Part shown: positions 37,184 to 49,655 of the stretch, piece by piece
Layout: the number at the start of each line of letters is the position of its first letter
Numbering within the stretch: position 1 is the first letter of the stretch
Source: Glaucostegus cemiculus
Lineage: Eukaryota
Length of the DNA: 64,000 bases
Direction of reading: 5' to 3'
NCBI GenBank assembly: GCA_976551045.1
Contig: CDPCPM010000050.1
Span: 10,850,001 to 10,914,000, forward strand
Translations under genes and position numbers: made by a program
Notes under the pieces: generated by a model
Seen by the model: the letters and a program-made list of their open reading frames with translations, nothing else
What the model was told of the DNA's origin: nothing
The model's database searches: none

Positions 37184-39589
37184 ACTTATATCAAATGAAA
37201 ATTAGTTGATTTTTTGCCGGCTGGGATCATCAGCACATGACTTATGGTTTGGAGATCAATTACGTACATTGGGAAGGTTCTCAGGGATATCTCCATACTC
37301 TATAGTATTAGCTGTGCTAAATGTTCTCTGTGCTTCATTTAGTAACACTCTTGCCTAATCATTTTTCTACACCAAAGACTTGAGCATAAACATTAAGGAC
37401 ACTTCATTGACTATAAAACCATTTTGGGATATCCTGATATTGTAAAAGATGCAAATGTTTCACTCTTCCTGTAATTACAACTGAAAGCATTGCCAATTTG
37501 TATTCTGATAGACTCTCATCACTTGATCTTAGCATAAACTTGATCAAGTAAGCTGATGGTTTCAATCATAAAGTACTAATTTTTGTTCACTAATGAAGTT
37601 TTTAGAAGCATGTGCACCTTTACAGCTTCCACAGATAGGAAGTCGCACTTAGAATTGACACTGCTTTTTTAGAATTTCTTATTTTATCCATTGCAAATAA
37701 TTGCCAGCCCAAGCTAAAATAAGTTAAAGAACTCCAGATATTGGATCACTAATAACTCCAGATAATGGCATCACTATTACCAGATGCCATTAACAGTGTC
37801 CAATTTGGCAAGCTTTAATGAACTCGATCTTAACAGTGAGTTGATTATTTCTTTAATAAACTAATTCCATAATAGTATATGACAGATAACCTGGGGGCCT
37901 GCATAGCAAATTCAAGTCAAAATCCATTAGAAAGTTAATGAAACTTTCATATCCATGGAGAGTTTTGGTCTTTGAGCTTTCAGAGTTCATCAGCCATCAC
38001 AAATCCAACTTCAAAATGACCCAAAAATGATGTTTATTGATAGACTTCCTCATGTAAGACAAAGGAATGGAATATCCAGTGTGCTTCAACTTTAACTTAT
38101 CCAAAAAATTACCTAAATAATCAGAACAATGATCTGACAATTCTTCTCCCTACTCCAGTTCTGGAATTGTGAGTATTGACTTGTGATAAATATCTTTAAA
38201 AAATACTTTAGTGGCTGAAATTACTTTTTATATTTTATCCATCAATGTTAGCATTTATGTATCACTTTTAGCAAAGCTGTGTTTAAATATTTCTATTGTT
38301 AACCCATCAGTAAACCGGACCCTGCACAATGTAGGGAATCATAATAGAGCTTATGACAGCCTACATCCTATTGCCTGAAATATTCTTTGTCCAAGGTGTG
38401 TAGACATTGTTCTATTTTTGTTGCATTGGACCTGGGTATGAATTCCTTTGACATTTCACATCCAGCAGTTGATAAAATCAATATCTTTCGGCAGCATTTT
38501 CACATCAGGTTTCAGCTTGTAAACATTTCACCTCTGCAGCCGCCTTCATCACTGTCTTTTATACAAGTAGATGTATTCAAACTACATCTAACTTAATAGC
38601 CACTTTCTATAATACAATGGGCCAGATACCTCAAAATACAAATGCAAAGCCTGTTTTTCAAACTTTGGCAGATTTGTCTTTTTTTACAGGTATTCAGGAA
38701 TGGGGTGTGAATACCTATAAAAAATTACATTGAATGTTACAATGAATTGTCATGCCACTATCTCCATAATTTTCAGCAGTATTTTTGCAGATTGATTTGT
38801 CAGTGAAGCTTCACAAAAAGAAATGGTCTGCCTTTGCATTTGTGTAGTCTGTTACCAGAGTATGTTTGCCAGAGTAGCCTACATGAAATATGCACACTAA
38901 TAGTGTGCAAAAATGTATGTCACATCAATGATTCTGCCTACACTACACAATAGATGGTTTGAAATCCGCATTCAGGACAACTGAACAAATGGACTCATGG
39001 GCTGAAGGACCTGTTTCCATGGTGTCCATCTCTATGTCTAAGCAGTCATCATCAAATGCAACCCAACAAATAAAATGCTAAGTTCCAAGAGACATCCAGT
39101 TACAATACCTCAAATTAAAAGCCAAAATAAAAATATTAGCAACAAAGGAATATTTTATCAAAATAGTTGTCAAAAATTTAAATAAACCACAATATAAAAG
39201 TAATACTCAAATTTCCAGCATAATTGAAATTCATGAATCATAAGTGCATACAGGTTGAGTAGTAGGTTAAAACTTTGATCTCTTTGCATTTTTGTGGGTT
39301 TGACCCCTTGTTTTGCAAAGTGATCTTTCAAATATTATCTTGATATTAATTCCATATCAGTCAGATATATTGCATTATCTATTAATAAGGATTCTTCTAA
39401 TAATTAGATTTGAACTCAAAACATGCACGGACATTTCTGATCTTTAATCAAACATGATTTTTAAAACTGGTATTCTTATCTCATGGTTCAAGGGCAGTAA
39501 TATCAAATAGGCAATTATTTCTATTGGGTCTGTACTTGGATCTGAATCATCATGCAGCAAAACAAAGTTTCCTTGAAATAAAGATAGAA

Positions 39590-39765
39590 CTAGGTTATGT
39601 ATAGTATCTTTGATGACCTCAGTACATTCCAAAGTGTTTTAGAGCAATAAAATTCATTTGAAGCTGTAATGCAAAGAATCTCAGCAATCAATCCTTACAC
39701 CACAAAACCCAGACAGTAGCAATGAGAATAATGCCTGATAATCTGCTTTAATGATGTTGGTAAGG
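39590..39765 (-). mobile_element. DeuSINE 3' fragment
   Basis: Homologous to 22040-22190 and 50680-50860. Confidence 0.55.
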
Positions 39766-40325
39766 TTTATTGGAAAAAGAGAATACTGAAGGTTAAGGAA
39801 AAATAAAAAATGCTAGCGTACATCTCAAGTGTCTGTGATGGTGGTGTAGGGGGGAACATCTGCAGGGGTGGTCACTTCCTCAGTTCCTTCATAAAAAGGG
39901 AGGGTATAATATCCTTGTTACATTTGCTTTATTCAGATTAATTAGTACTGTTAGGACAAGATGTCAAACACTGCCTCTAGCTTACAACTGTGTCAGGCAC
40001 AGGGAATGAAACCATATGCTGAAAGAGGCAATCAATGGCAGAGGGCAGAAGGGTACATTTTCCACCATTTGCTAACATTTATAAAACAGCTGGTGTGAAT
40101 GGAAAGCAGAGATGCCAACATTTTTTTGCAATTGGTAAATGCAAGAAAATATGTCCCATAATACTACAGGAATGTTTTATTTCATGTGCAGGGGTGAGGC
40201 AAGAGATAGAAAGGTTCTAAAATAGCATCTCGAAGTTGATGATCTGTCCAGAAGAAATTCAACTGAATTGTCAATGGAGAGGGCTTGACTCCATTGCCCA
40301 AGTCTCATGCACACAGCTTTCTGAT

Positions 40326-40657
40326 TAGTGGCCTGCTTGAGGATAAATTAAAACCGGAGCTGAACCCAACCTGACCACAACCAATCTGAACCCAAGCCAA
40401 GCCCAAACGATTTTAATTTTTTCCATTCCCAGACCACCCTGACCAATCTCAAATATGCTATTGATCATTTTGAGGAAGAGATTCCAAATATTGCTCAAGA
40501 ACACCTGTACTTATAAGTAAATCATCCTGACCTTGCAAGGCATGTCACAACCTGACCTGACCTGGTCTTATCAGAATATACACTTGACCTGACCCAAACC
40601 TGTCACATATAGTGGGTCTTAATGGGTTCAGGTCAGGTAATTCCCAATTTCCTCTAT
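40326..40657. mobile_element. Non-autonomous DNA transposon (hAT-like) with decayed subterminal ACCCGA-type repeats
   Basis: Many acctga/acccaa units near both ends (consistent with CpG decay of acccga), inverted gggttcaggtcaggta at the right end. Confidence 0.55.
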
Positions 40658-42869
40658 TAAATTATACACTGCTAAGGACCGAGTTAGATCTGGAATAGGT
40701 TCCCTATACCAACACCCGCAGCAGTAAGCTTGCGCAGGATATATCTATTGTCTTCTTTTTGGAACTCAAATGTGCTCTAGTTGAGCTATTTATGCCAACA
40801 TCAGCTGGACTCAATTAATTTCTAGCTTCCAACTCTTACTCCCCACTTGAAATCATCATTTTGTTCTCTATTCTCCAGCATTTATATTATTTCCTCCTGC
40901 TGAGACGGTGGCTTGGACACCCATGTACTACAGTTCAGTATGCTCTTCACAGTGTGATCTCTTCTGCAACCACAATACTCAAGGTTGATTGGTCAATTCT
41001 TGCTATCAAATCTGCTCACAAGCATGATCCTCACCATGACTCACATCCATTTCATCTTTAATTTCCCCTCCCAGCTCCATTCCAACCTTTCTATCTCTGA
41101 CCTCCTACAAAGTTTCAGCTAAGCCTGCTAATCTGAAAGCTCAACTTTCAACTTACATTCCTCTGGTCTTGTCATTAGCTTTAACCACTTCAAACCTCTT
41201 TGCTCCCTTTCTCCCACTTCTAATTTCCACTTCCATCCATTCTATTTCAAACATGTGTTCAACCCTTTGTCTGCTCAATGTCAAATCACTGCTTGATTCA
41301 AGTTACCTTTGTAACTCATCCAGCAACTTTACATCCCTTTATAGTTTCTTAAAGAAATGTACTCATGGGCCATTAAACCCATTAACTGGCTCTATGTGTC
41401 GGCTAAAAGGAGAAGTTTGGAATGCTCACTGCTGTAATTTCTGCTATCTCCCCTGTATGATTTCTCCACAGGGACCTGCTTATCTTTCAGCTTCCAGCTG
41501 TGTTGAGAAGTTAACCTTAAATTTCTCCCGTCAGGAGAACCAGTTACATAATTTCATGATCATTTGCTTTTATATAAGACAATCATTTTTGTTTTTATGG
41601 AATTGAAGGTGGCATACCTGTGACAAAGCAGATTCACTCAAGGGACAGATCAGTTTTAAACCTTGTTCATACCACTCTCAAACTGCCTGAGAAAATCTTG
41701 CTGCTATTGATAGTGGTTCCTATTGGAATAACCAACATTTAGTTGCTCTTGCTGTTACAAGTCTTCCAATGCAGCCACAGTCCAATATGGAAGTCAAGGA
41801 CTTACCTACAGGTTCAAAAGGCTAACTCTGTGTCATCACTCTGCCACTGAACTTCCCCAAGGAGTCCTGCAGCAGAGTTAATTCTGAGTGGGATTCCCCA
41901 GAACTGCCTCTTGGTTCTTCCACCAGGTCAGGGCTGCCATGGAATCCAACACCTTTCTATAAACTGATTTTAAAGAGGATTGAGAGGTAAAAGTTTGGGA
42001 AGCTAGTGGAAGCTTTTTTAAATAAAAGTTTTACTTTGCTTTAGTTTACCAATAAATTTTTAAAATTATTTACGTGTTTTTAATTTACTTTATTTAATTC
42101 AAATCATTCTAAATGTTTTCATTTGTTTATTCAAAATTAACTGCTATTCAAGTAACTGAATGCCAGAACAATTTAAACACTACTTCACATTAATTATAGC
42201 TTTTATAGTCAGCAAAGCCCAGTACCCTCAATTTTGCCAGATGTCATGGGCAGGTGGAGGGTGGGGAAGGCTTCTTTATTGCACCCAGACTCTGATGTGG
42301 AGACCCAGCAAGATGCTTTCTTTGCATCCAGAGAAGAGTGGGCAAGGGTTGACCGTAGGCAGCAATTCCAGATGGGGATATTAGACAAACAAGGACTGGT
42401 CCCTTTACTATGGCCAGTGTATTTCCCCATAGTCTCGTACTTATCTTGATTAATAGGGAAATGCATGCAGATTGACCCAGTACTCCAATCTTTTTACATG
42501 GAGCAGTAAGAGTAAGATTTAACCTGAATTAAGTCATGGGTTTAACAAGAGACTTCAGATTTGCTCTACGTCTATTTAGCAACTGACATCAAAGCATAAT
42601 GAACTTCAATGTGCATTCAAAATGGGTTGAATGTTATGAGGGAAACTTGAAAGGAATTTCAGCACATCTAATCTGTAGTGCCACAATCCTCATTAAAATC
42701 AATGGATTTCCTATCCTGTGTCACAGACCTGGTGCAAGATCTGAGAAGTAATGCTGGGATCTCAGCAAAACTGGAGTCTACCGTGGGAGCAGGTGCAAAA
42801 CAACAAATTTGGCCTTCTGGATCCATCAGTAAATCTGTGTTTGACAATGCATGTACAAAGGTCATGAGT

Positions 42870-43435
42870 AATTAGGAGTAGTAGGCCATATGTCCCCTTG
42901 GGCCTGCTCTGCCATTCAACAAGGTCATGGCCAATCTTCTATCAGTACCATTTCCCAGCATTATCCCTTTATTCCTATAGTATCCAGAAATTTATCAACT
43001 TCTGCTTTGAACACTACAACCGAGCCTCCAGTCATCTGGGGTAGGGAATTTTAGATGTTCGCTGAAGAAAGAAATTTCTCCTCATCTCGGTCTTAAACAG
43101 TTTACCATTTATTCTCAAATTGTGGCCCCTGTTCCTGGTTTCCTCAGTCAGAGAAACCATCCTCTCTGCATGCAGCTTGTCAAGCCTTTTAAAAATGTTG
43201 TAAGTTTGGATGATACACCTTCTCATTCATCTAAACACTAAAGAACAGTCTCAGTCTGCTCAATCTCTCCTCACATGGCCAACCCACCATCCCTAGAACT
43301 AGTCTCCTGAACTTTTGCTGTACTTCTTCTGTGGGAAATATATCCTTTCTTAGGTAAGAACAGCAAAACTATACACAATACTCAAGGCACTCTCACTTAG
43401 GCCCTATATAGTTGTAATAAGACTTCCTTTCTCTT
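42870..43435 (-). mobile_element. CR1 LINE 3' portion
   Basis: ORF 43032-43226: IIQTYNIFKRLDKL..TRNRGHNLRINGKLFKTEMRRNFFLQR. Confidence 0.9.
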
Positions 43436-43569
43436 GGATTTATTGCTCTTTTCAAATTGCTATTACATCACTGCTCAAACAGAGCCAGCTAACTAATATG
43501 TATCTGATCAACCCTGAATGAACAGCAAATTTTTGGATTCTTTAAGAACCTGAACTGGAGTTTTCCTCC

Positions 43570-44127
43570 ATTGTATTGTATTGGTTTGTTATTGTCACTT
43601 GTACCAAGGTACAGCAAAAAGCTTGTCTTACAAACTGATTGTACCAGTCAATTCATTACACAGTAGTTACATAGTTAGTACAGTAAAAACTAACAGTACA
43701 GAATAAAGTGTCACAGCTACAGAGAAAGTGCAGAGCAATAAGGTGCAAGGTGACACAAGGTAGAGCATGAGGTCATAGATCATCTCATTGTACAAGGGAA
43801 CTGTTCAATAGTCTTATCACAGTTGGGAAGAAGCTTTCCTTAAGTCTGGTGGTACATGCCCTCAGATATCTGTATCTTCTATCAAATGGAAGAGGAGAGA
43901 AGAGAGAATGTCCCAGATGAGTGGGGTCTTTGATTATGCTGGCTGCTACACCAAGACAACGAGAGGTAAAGATTCCAAGGAGGGGAGGCTGGTGTCTGTG
44001 ATGCACTGGGCTGTGTCCACACCTCTGCAGCTTCTTGTGGTCCTGGGCAGAGCAGCTGCCATACCAAGCTGTGATACAACCAGATAGGATGCTGTCTATG
44101 GTGCATCAGTAAAAGTTGGTAAGGGAT
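43570..44127 (-). mobile_element. Rex1/Babar-like LINE 3' end
   Basis: ORF 43785-44006: RCLGVAASIIKDPTHLGHSLFSPLP..RRYR..TTRLKESFFPTVIRLLN; (caata)n tail. Confidence 0.88.
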
Positions 44128-44139
44128 GATTCCAGAATC

Positions 44140-44822
44140 AGTTTTAATTATCACTATCATATACACATTCAGCATGCATAGGAGTGAAATACTATACTCC
44201 ACAGATCAAGGTGCTCATCACATTAAAAATGAATGAGACACAAGGACAGAAAGGCATTAACATTGGAACCAGAAAATTAAATAGTGACTTAAATAAACAA
44301 CCTTAAAGTGAGCATACTGAGGCAGCAGACAACAGACATTTCAAGTGCTGGTACATTTCTGTATGCCTAGCATCCTTTGGTGTTGGCAGGAGGGATAGAG
44401 GGATGAGGAAGTTCATGGTTCTGATAGCTTGTGGGAAGCTGCTATTGCAGTCTGGTAGTCCTTGCCCGGATGCACTGGAGCCTTCTTCTGGATGGCAAGA
44501 GTGTAGAGGTGATAGCAGGGGTGAGAAGGGTCTGACATTATGTTTATGGCCTTTCTGACACATTGATCCATATACATCTGCAATAGAGGGTAGAGACACA
44601 CCTATGATCTTCTCTGCCACTCTATTCTATGTAGTGACTTCCATCCAGCAGCTCCCATACCAGATGGTGATGCAGTGTGTCAGGATACTCTCAATGGGTC
44701 CCTCTACAAAAAGTTTTCATAATAGCAGGATGGGAGTTCACTTTCCTCAGTCTCCACAGGAAGTAGAGGCATTTCTGGGCTTTCTTGGTGAGGGCTGTGG
44801 TGTCAATGGACCAGATCCAGTG
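44140..44822 (-). mobile_element. Second, distinct Rex1/Babar-like LINE 3' end
   Basis: AEKIIGVSLPSIADVY; RKAINIMSDPSHPCYHLY; SSFPQAIRTMN. Confidence 0.8.
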
Positions 44823-45433
44823 ATTCAGCTGAGAACTACTGTCTATCCTTATGCCAATTTCAGACCTCTGCTACCACTCTGCCTTTAATTTAATGTTCTT
44901 TGACATTACTAAAAAGCCCAACCATCTTCAACTGCACCAAAGACCTTTCTGCCATCATAAGATCAGAAATGTGGATGTTTGCTGATCATTACACCATGTT
45001 CAATTCCATTTGCAGCTCAACAAATGAAGCAGCCCATACTTGCATGTAGGTCTATACAACATTCACACATGGCTGATAACTGGCTAGTAACACTTGCACT
45101 ATCGAAGTATCAGGCAATGACCTGTTCCAACAGAAGAATCTGACCTATCACTGAGATTCCATGGTGTTATCACCAATAAGTCTCCCATCATCAGCATCCT
45201 GAGTCACCATTGACCAGGTTTGGACCAGCCACAAACAATATGGCTACAAGAACAGGTCACAGCAATTCACCTCTGACACCATCAACTAAGCATTGATCAG
45301 GAGCGTGATGATATAGTTTCTGTTTGCCTGGGAGAGTGCAGTTTCAACAGCTAAGAAGCTTGACACCATCCAAAAGAGCCCATTTGATGGTACCCCACCC
45401 ATACTCTAAACAATATTTCCTTCATCACTTGTG

Positions 45434-45545
45434 CAGGTGCTGGAAGTGTGGTGTCACTTGTGGGCTGCCCCTGGAACACTACACAAAGATGCATTTCACT
45501 GTGTTTTGATGTACATGTGACTAATAAAGATATCTTACCTTATCT
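45434..45545 (+). mobile_element. 5'-truncated SINE (3' part of the 9994 family)
   Basis: ggtgctggaagtgtgg..gatgcatttcactgtgttttgatgtacatgtgactaataaagatatcttaccttatct matches 10182-10292. Confidence 0.85.
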
Positions 45546-46063
45546 ATTACAATAGAACTTCCCATACCCAGAGCCTCCTGGAACACCACAACCTTCTGTC
45601 TAAGAAGCAAGTCACCTTGATTCGTATCAATGTTGATTGAAGAGCAAGCTCAGAGAACACAAATGTAGCACACTGGTACAAGACTGGAGTAAGGATACTT
45701 CCTCAGGACCAAACACAGGCAGCAACTGGAAGGAAATCTTGCCTCAGAGATCAGAGTAGTAATCCCAACACAAACTGAATCTTCAAGCAGGAATAGAGGA
45801 CACAGGACTGCTCTGGAGTAGACCACTAAGCAGCTAGGAGTCAAAGTACACCTGAAGGTTGACCAATCCTCTGGCAACTAGTGCTAGAGAAACCCAGGTA
45901 CTTATGCTAGGCCCCTAATGGGGCTCAGGTGTGTGTGTCATTATGACATCAGTCCAGCATGGAATCCATGTGCTGTACAATGAGGCATCTAAGGAGCCAA
46001 ATCAAGGGCCAGTACTCAGAATCATGACAGTACCCCACCCCCCCTCCTCAACACGGCTCTCGG

Positions 46064-46249
46064 CTACCCACTGGGCTTGTCTGGATGGTTCTGATAGAAG
46101 TCCTGAAGTAGGAGGAATCCAAAAATAAAGGAGCGAGGAACCCAGGAACATGCCTCTGGACTGTATCCCTCCCAATTGACCAAGTAGTGCAGGCCCCCAC
46201 CCTGGCAGCATACATCCAATAAATGCCAGACAGTGTACACTGGGTTCAT
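46064..46249 (-). CDS. 61-aa ORF consisting of a Tf1/sushi-type integrase chromodomain (expression unproven)
   Basis: [52 protein letters not shown]: Y.V..LL / YLV.W.GY / SW.P chromodomain pattern; ATG in GCCACCATG context. Confidence 0.55.
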   Translation of the reverse strand: MNPVYTVWHLLDVCCQGGGLHYLVNWEGYSPEACSWVPRSFIFGFLLLQDFYQNHPDKPSG

Positions 46250-46250
46250 G

Positions 46251-46264
46251 GTGGCCAGAGTATT
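46251..46264 (-). promoter_or_regulatory. Self-priming primer-binding site
   Basis: 1 nt from the 5' LTR end; exact 14-nt reverse complement of 46511-46524 inside the same LTR. Confidence 0.8.
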
Positions 46265-47589
46265 CTGTCACAATGTTGATTGAAGACCAAGTTCACAGAG
46301 AACCCAAATGCAACACACTGGTACAAGACTGGAGTCAGGATACTTCCTCAGGGCCAAACACAGGCAGCAACTGGAAGGAAATCTTGCCCCAGAGATCTGA
46401 GTAGTAACCCCAACACAAACTGAATATTCAAGCAGGAATAGAGGACACAGGACTGCTCTAGAGTTGACCACTCTAAGCAGCTAGGAGCCAAAGTATACCA
46501 ATGGTTGACCAATACTCTGGCCACTAGTGCTAGAGAAACCCAGGTACTTATGCTAGGCCCCTGATGGGGCTCAGGTGTGTCATTATGACATCAGTCCAGC
46601 ATGTGCTGTACAACGAGGCATCTAAGGAACCAAATCAAGGGCCAGTACTCAGAATCATGACAATTTGAGACTATATCTCTGGTCCTTCATCATTGCTGAG
46701 TCTAACTTGGAACTCACTACACACTGGTGTTGTGGGAGTAACTTCACCAGAGGGATTGCAGTGGTTCAAGAAATTGGCTCACAACTATGGCAATAAATCT
46801 TGGACATACTAGCACTGTTGACCTCGAAAAAAATAAGTGAATAATAAGATGGATGCAAACACATGGATCATGCTAGAAAGGAAGCACAGAAGTCAGAGGT
46901 GACAATTTCTGGTTGAGATTGGTCTAAAAAGAATTCAGACTTGAGGAAAGGGAACAGTGTGATAGGTTCAGGACTGGAAATACACCTACACTCTGTGGAT
47001 AGTGTGCAAAGGTGGGTGATGACAAAGGCTGGTGCAAGTAATAAAATAAAAAACCAAAGGGCTGGAACTGGCTGCTATTTCCATGCTGAAATACTGGCAC
47101 TTCTCCTTGCAAGTGCCACCAGGTGTGGGATTCCTGTGTGAATGTGGATGTTCCAGATTTGCTGCCAATCTTAGTCAACAATTCCCTGATTACATTCCAA
47201 CCCTGGATTCTTCATCGAGTCCAATGGTAAAACACAAATCTGCTGCTGTTTTCTGGACTTGAGCTGGAAAATCTGTCTGCTGGACCAATGCAAGGTTGAG
47301 CCTGCACAAGATGTAAATCCATTCATTACAATGGAGAAGAATGGCTGCTAGGGATTTAGGTTAGAGTTATATAACATGCACTTTTTAATTTAATTAAGTG
47401 ATAGGCAAAACATGTAGGGAAAATATTTGATATGCAGAGGCTGGTTATAATTTGAAAGTTATGGTCTGTAGGGGTGCTGTAAGCAGAGTCATTTGGGGCT
47501 GTCAAAGGGGAATTTGAAAAGCAGTTGAATGAGAAATAAGTTATATGGAAAGACTAGTTAAATGGTGTTTTCCAGTCAACATTAGAAGG

Positions 47590-47700
47590 TCTTTAACCAA
47601 AAACATTATCTTGTTCCACAGATGCTGCTTGACTTGCTGAACTTCTATATCATTTTCTACTTTTATTTCAGATTTCCATCATCTGCAGTTTAAGATATTT
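47590..47700. mobile_element. Penelope-like hairpin, right arm
   Basis: ccacagatgctgcttgacttgctga..cattttctacttttatttcagatttccatcatctgcag. Confidence 0.65.
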
Positions 47701-47729
47701 CTTCTCCTGTACTGAAGTGAGTCTTTCAA

Positions 47730-48320
47730 ACTCACCATCCAATAGGAAGCTTGGTAGCTGAGAATATTTAAGATGGAGGTAGTTGTATTTTTGGCAAATT
47801 AAGGGAATCAAGAGATAGGGAAGGTAAGGTAGATGTTGATTTGCCTATCACTCCTCTCATCTAAATACAGACACCTAAACTGGACAGTTGAGTGGAGATT
47901 CTTGCACCCAGGAAGCTTTCCCAGAGTACAGAGAGTCTGAAGCTAGAAGACATAGGTTTGAGGTGAGAGGGGAAATATTTATAGAGAAACTGAGTGGTAA
48001 AGTTCTCAGAGGGTGGTGGATATATGGAATGAGCTTCCAGAGGAAGTGGCAGAGGCAAGTTCGATTAAAACATTTAAAAAACATTTTGATAGTTTCATAG
48101 ATAGGAAAAGTTGAGGGATATGGGCCAACACAGGCAAATGCAGTTAGACTGGCATCTTGGTTGGCATAGATGATTTAGGCTGAAGGCAGCAGATTCTGTG
48201 AATCTATATGAGCTAGTGCAGGATAATGGCTCCAAGGTAAAGGAACTGGAACTATCTAATTGAATGGTGTAGCAGGCACAAGGGCCAAATGGCCTTCATT
48301 TACCTCTATCTTATATCTGA
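47730..48320 (+). mobile_element. Nested CR1 3' ends (younger copy ~47880-48210 inside an older one)
   Basis: ORF 47888-48100: ARRHRFEVRGE..; two successive tails (ggctgaaggc..ctatatg; aagggccaaatggcct..cttat). Confidence 0.8.
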
Positions 48321-49247
48321 CTGCTCATTTAGCATTCCCAGGAGAGCTATTAGGCTTTAATCATACAACATTGGATTGGGATCCCTGTAAATTAAGACCA
48401 TTACTAACTTAATCCTTCACAGTAATCCCACCCCCATCTCAATAAACTACTATTAATACCTCACTCCTCAAGCTCTCGCCTGACCCTTGCCCTTACAACT
48501 GACAGCCTACAAGGGCCAGGCTCTTGACAGAGGCTCAGATCTCCCAAACCCCAGCCAATCATGTAGTGGCCACACTTTTACCCCATGCTGCTTCCTTCTT
48601 GCAGATGCTCAGTTCTGGGCCCCAATCATTCAGGAATATTACTTCTTATCCACTGACTGGGCTTGCCTCCCTGATGCAATACCCTCCTCTCTACAGCCCA
48701 CTTCACCTCCTCTAGTCCCATCCTGTACATTTCTGACTGGGGGTGTGTGTAATACCCTTTCAGCAATCACTGGGCTTCAAATGGTGCAACTTTTAGGTTC
48801 ACTGGAGTTTCTAGACCAGGATATTTTAATGTATTATGCCAGGATTTTACCTTACATACCCAGGAGAAATCATTCATCTTGTACCATGTGCTACTACAGT
48901 AATTTTATTTGAAGTAAACAGCTGTAGCAAATGTTTTGGGCCAGTGCAAAACTTTCTGGTTGCACAGCCAAGGCTTTCAGCTGCCAAGTACTATTAAAAA
49001 CAGTTGCAAACAATATTGGGGAAGAACACTTCTCTTGGAAGGCCCAGTTTATTCCCCCCAAACAATTATGAGCTGCCTTACCATGTCAAGCATGATCCAG
49101 GAACACATATAATGCCACAGAGGAGCCACAATTCTTCCCTGGAGTGTGTCCTAAATGACCTCAGTCCTCTAGTAATGTATTATAATTATATTTGTAGTTG
49201 TAATTCTGAAGAGGAAAATTATAGAGCATTGCAACTGAATGCATACC

Positions 49248-49655
49248 TGTCACAATGTTGACTGAAGAGCAAGCTCACAGAGAACCCAAATGCAGCACAC
49301 TGGTACAAGACTGGAGTCAGGATACTTCCTCAGGACCAAACACAGGCAGCAACGGGAAGGAATCTTGCCTCAGAGATCTGAGTAGTAATCTCAACACAAA
49401 CTGAATATTCAAGCAGGAATAGAGAATGCAGGACTGCTCTAGAGTTGACCACTCTAGGCAGCTAGGAACCAAAGTATACCCAATGGTTGACCAATACTCT
49501 GGCCACTAGTGCTAGAGAAACCCAGGTACTTATGCTAGGCCCCTGATGGGGCTCAGGTGTGTCTCATTATGACATCAGTCCAGCATGGAATCCATGTGCT
49601 GTACAACGAGGCATCTAAGGAACCAAATCAAGGGCCTGTACTTAGAATCATGACA
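49248..49655 (-). mobile_element. Solo LTR of the same chromovirus family
   Basis: 408 bp, TGTCA...TGACA, perfect 5-bp TSD ATACC (49243-49247, 49656-49660), >90% similar to both LTRs at 45625-46662. Confidence 0.95.

Larger units (their letters stand above)
45625..46662 (-). mobile_element. Miniature (TRIM-like) chromovirus LTR element: 5' LTR 46662-46266, interior 46265-46030, 3' LTR 46029-45625
   Basis: Two ~400-bp direct repeats with TGTCA..TGACA ends (one end mutated to tatca); flanks ATTCG/ATTTG (5-bp TSD with one CpG transition); PPT gaggagggggggtgggg next to the 3' LTR; chromodomain ORF. Confidence 0.93.
44915..46845 (+). mobile_element. L2/CR1-group LINE 3' portion interrupted by a SINE tail and the miniature LTR element
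   Basis: IRSEMWMFADH motif at ~44960-44990; resumes at 46663 and ends in a ggcaataaatcttgg tail. Confidence 0.8.

Noticed and set aside
41169-41606. 145-aa ORF
   Set aside because: Low-complexity Ser/Leu-rich translation of pyrimidine-rich, probably L2-derived sequence; non-ATG start
45650-46471. Similar ORFs 45650-45877 and 46268-46471 as duplicated small genes
   Set aside because: They are incidental frames within the two LTR copies
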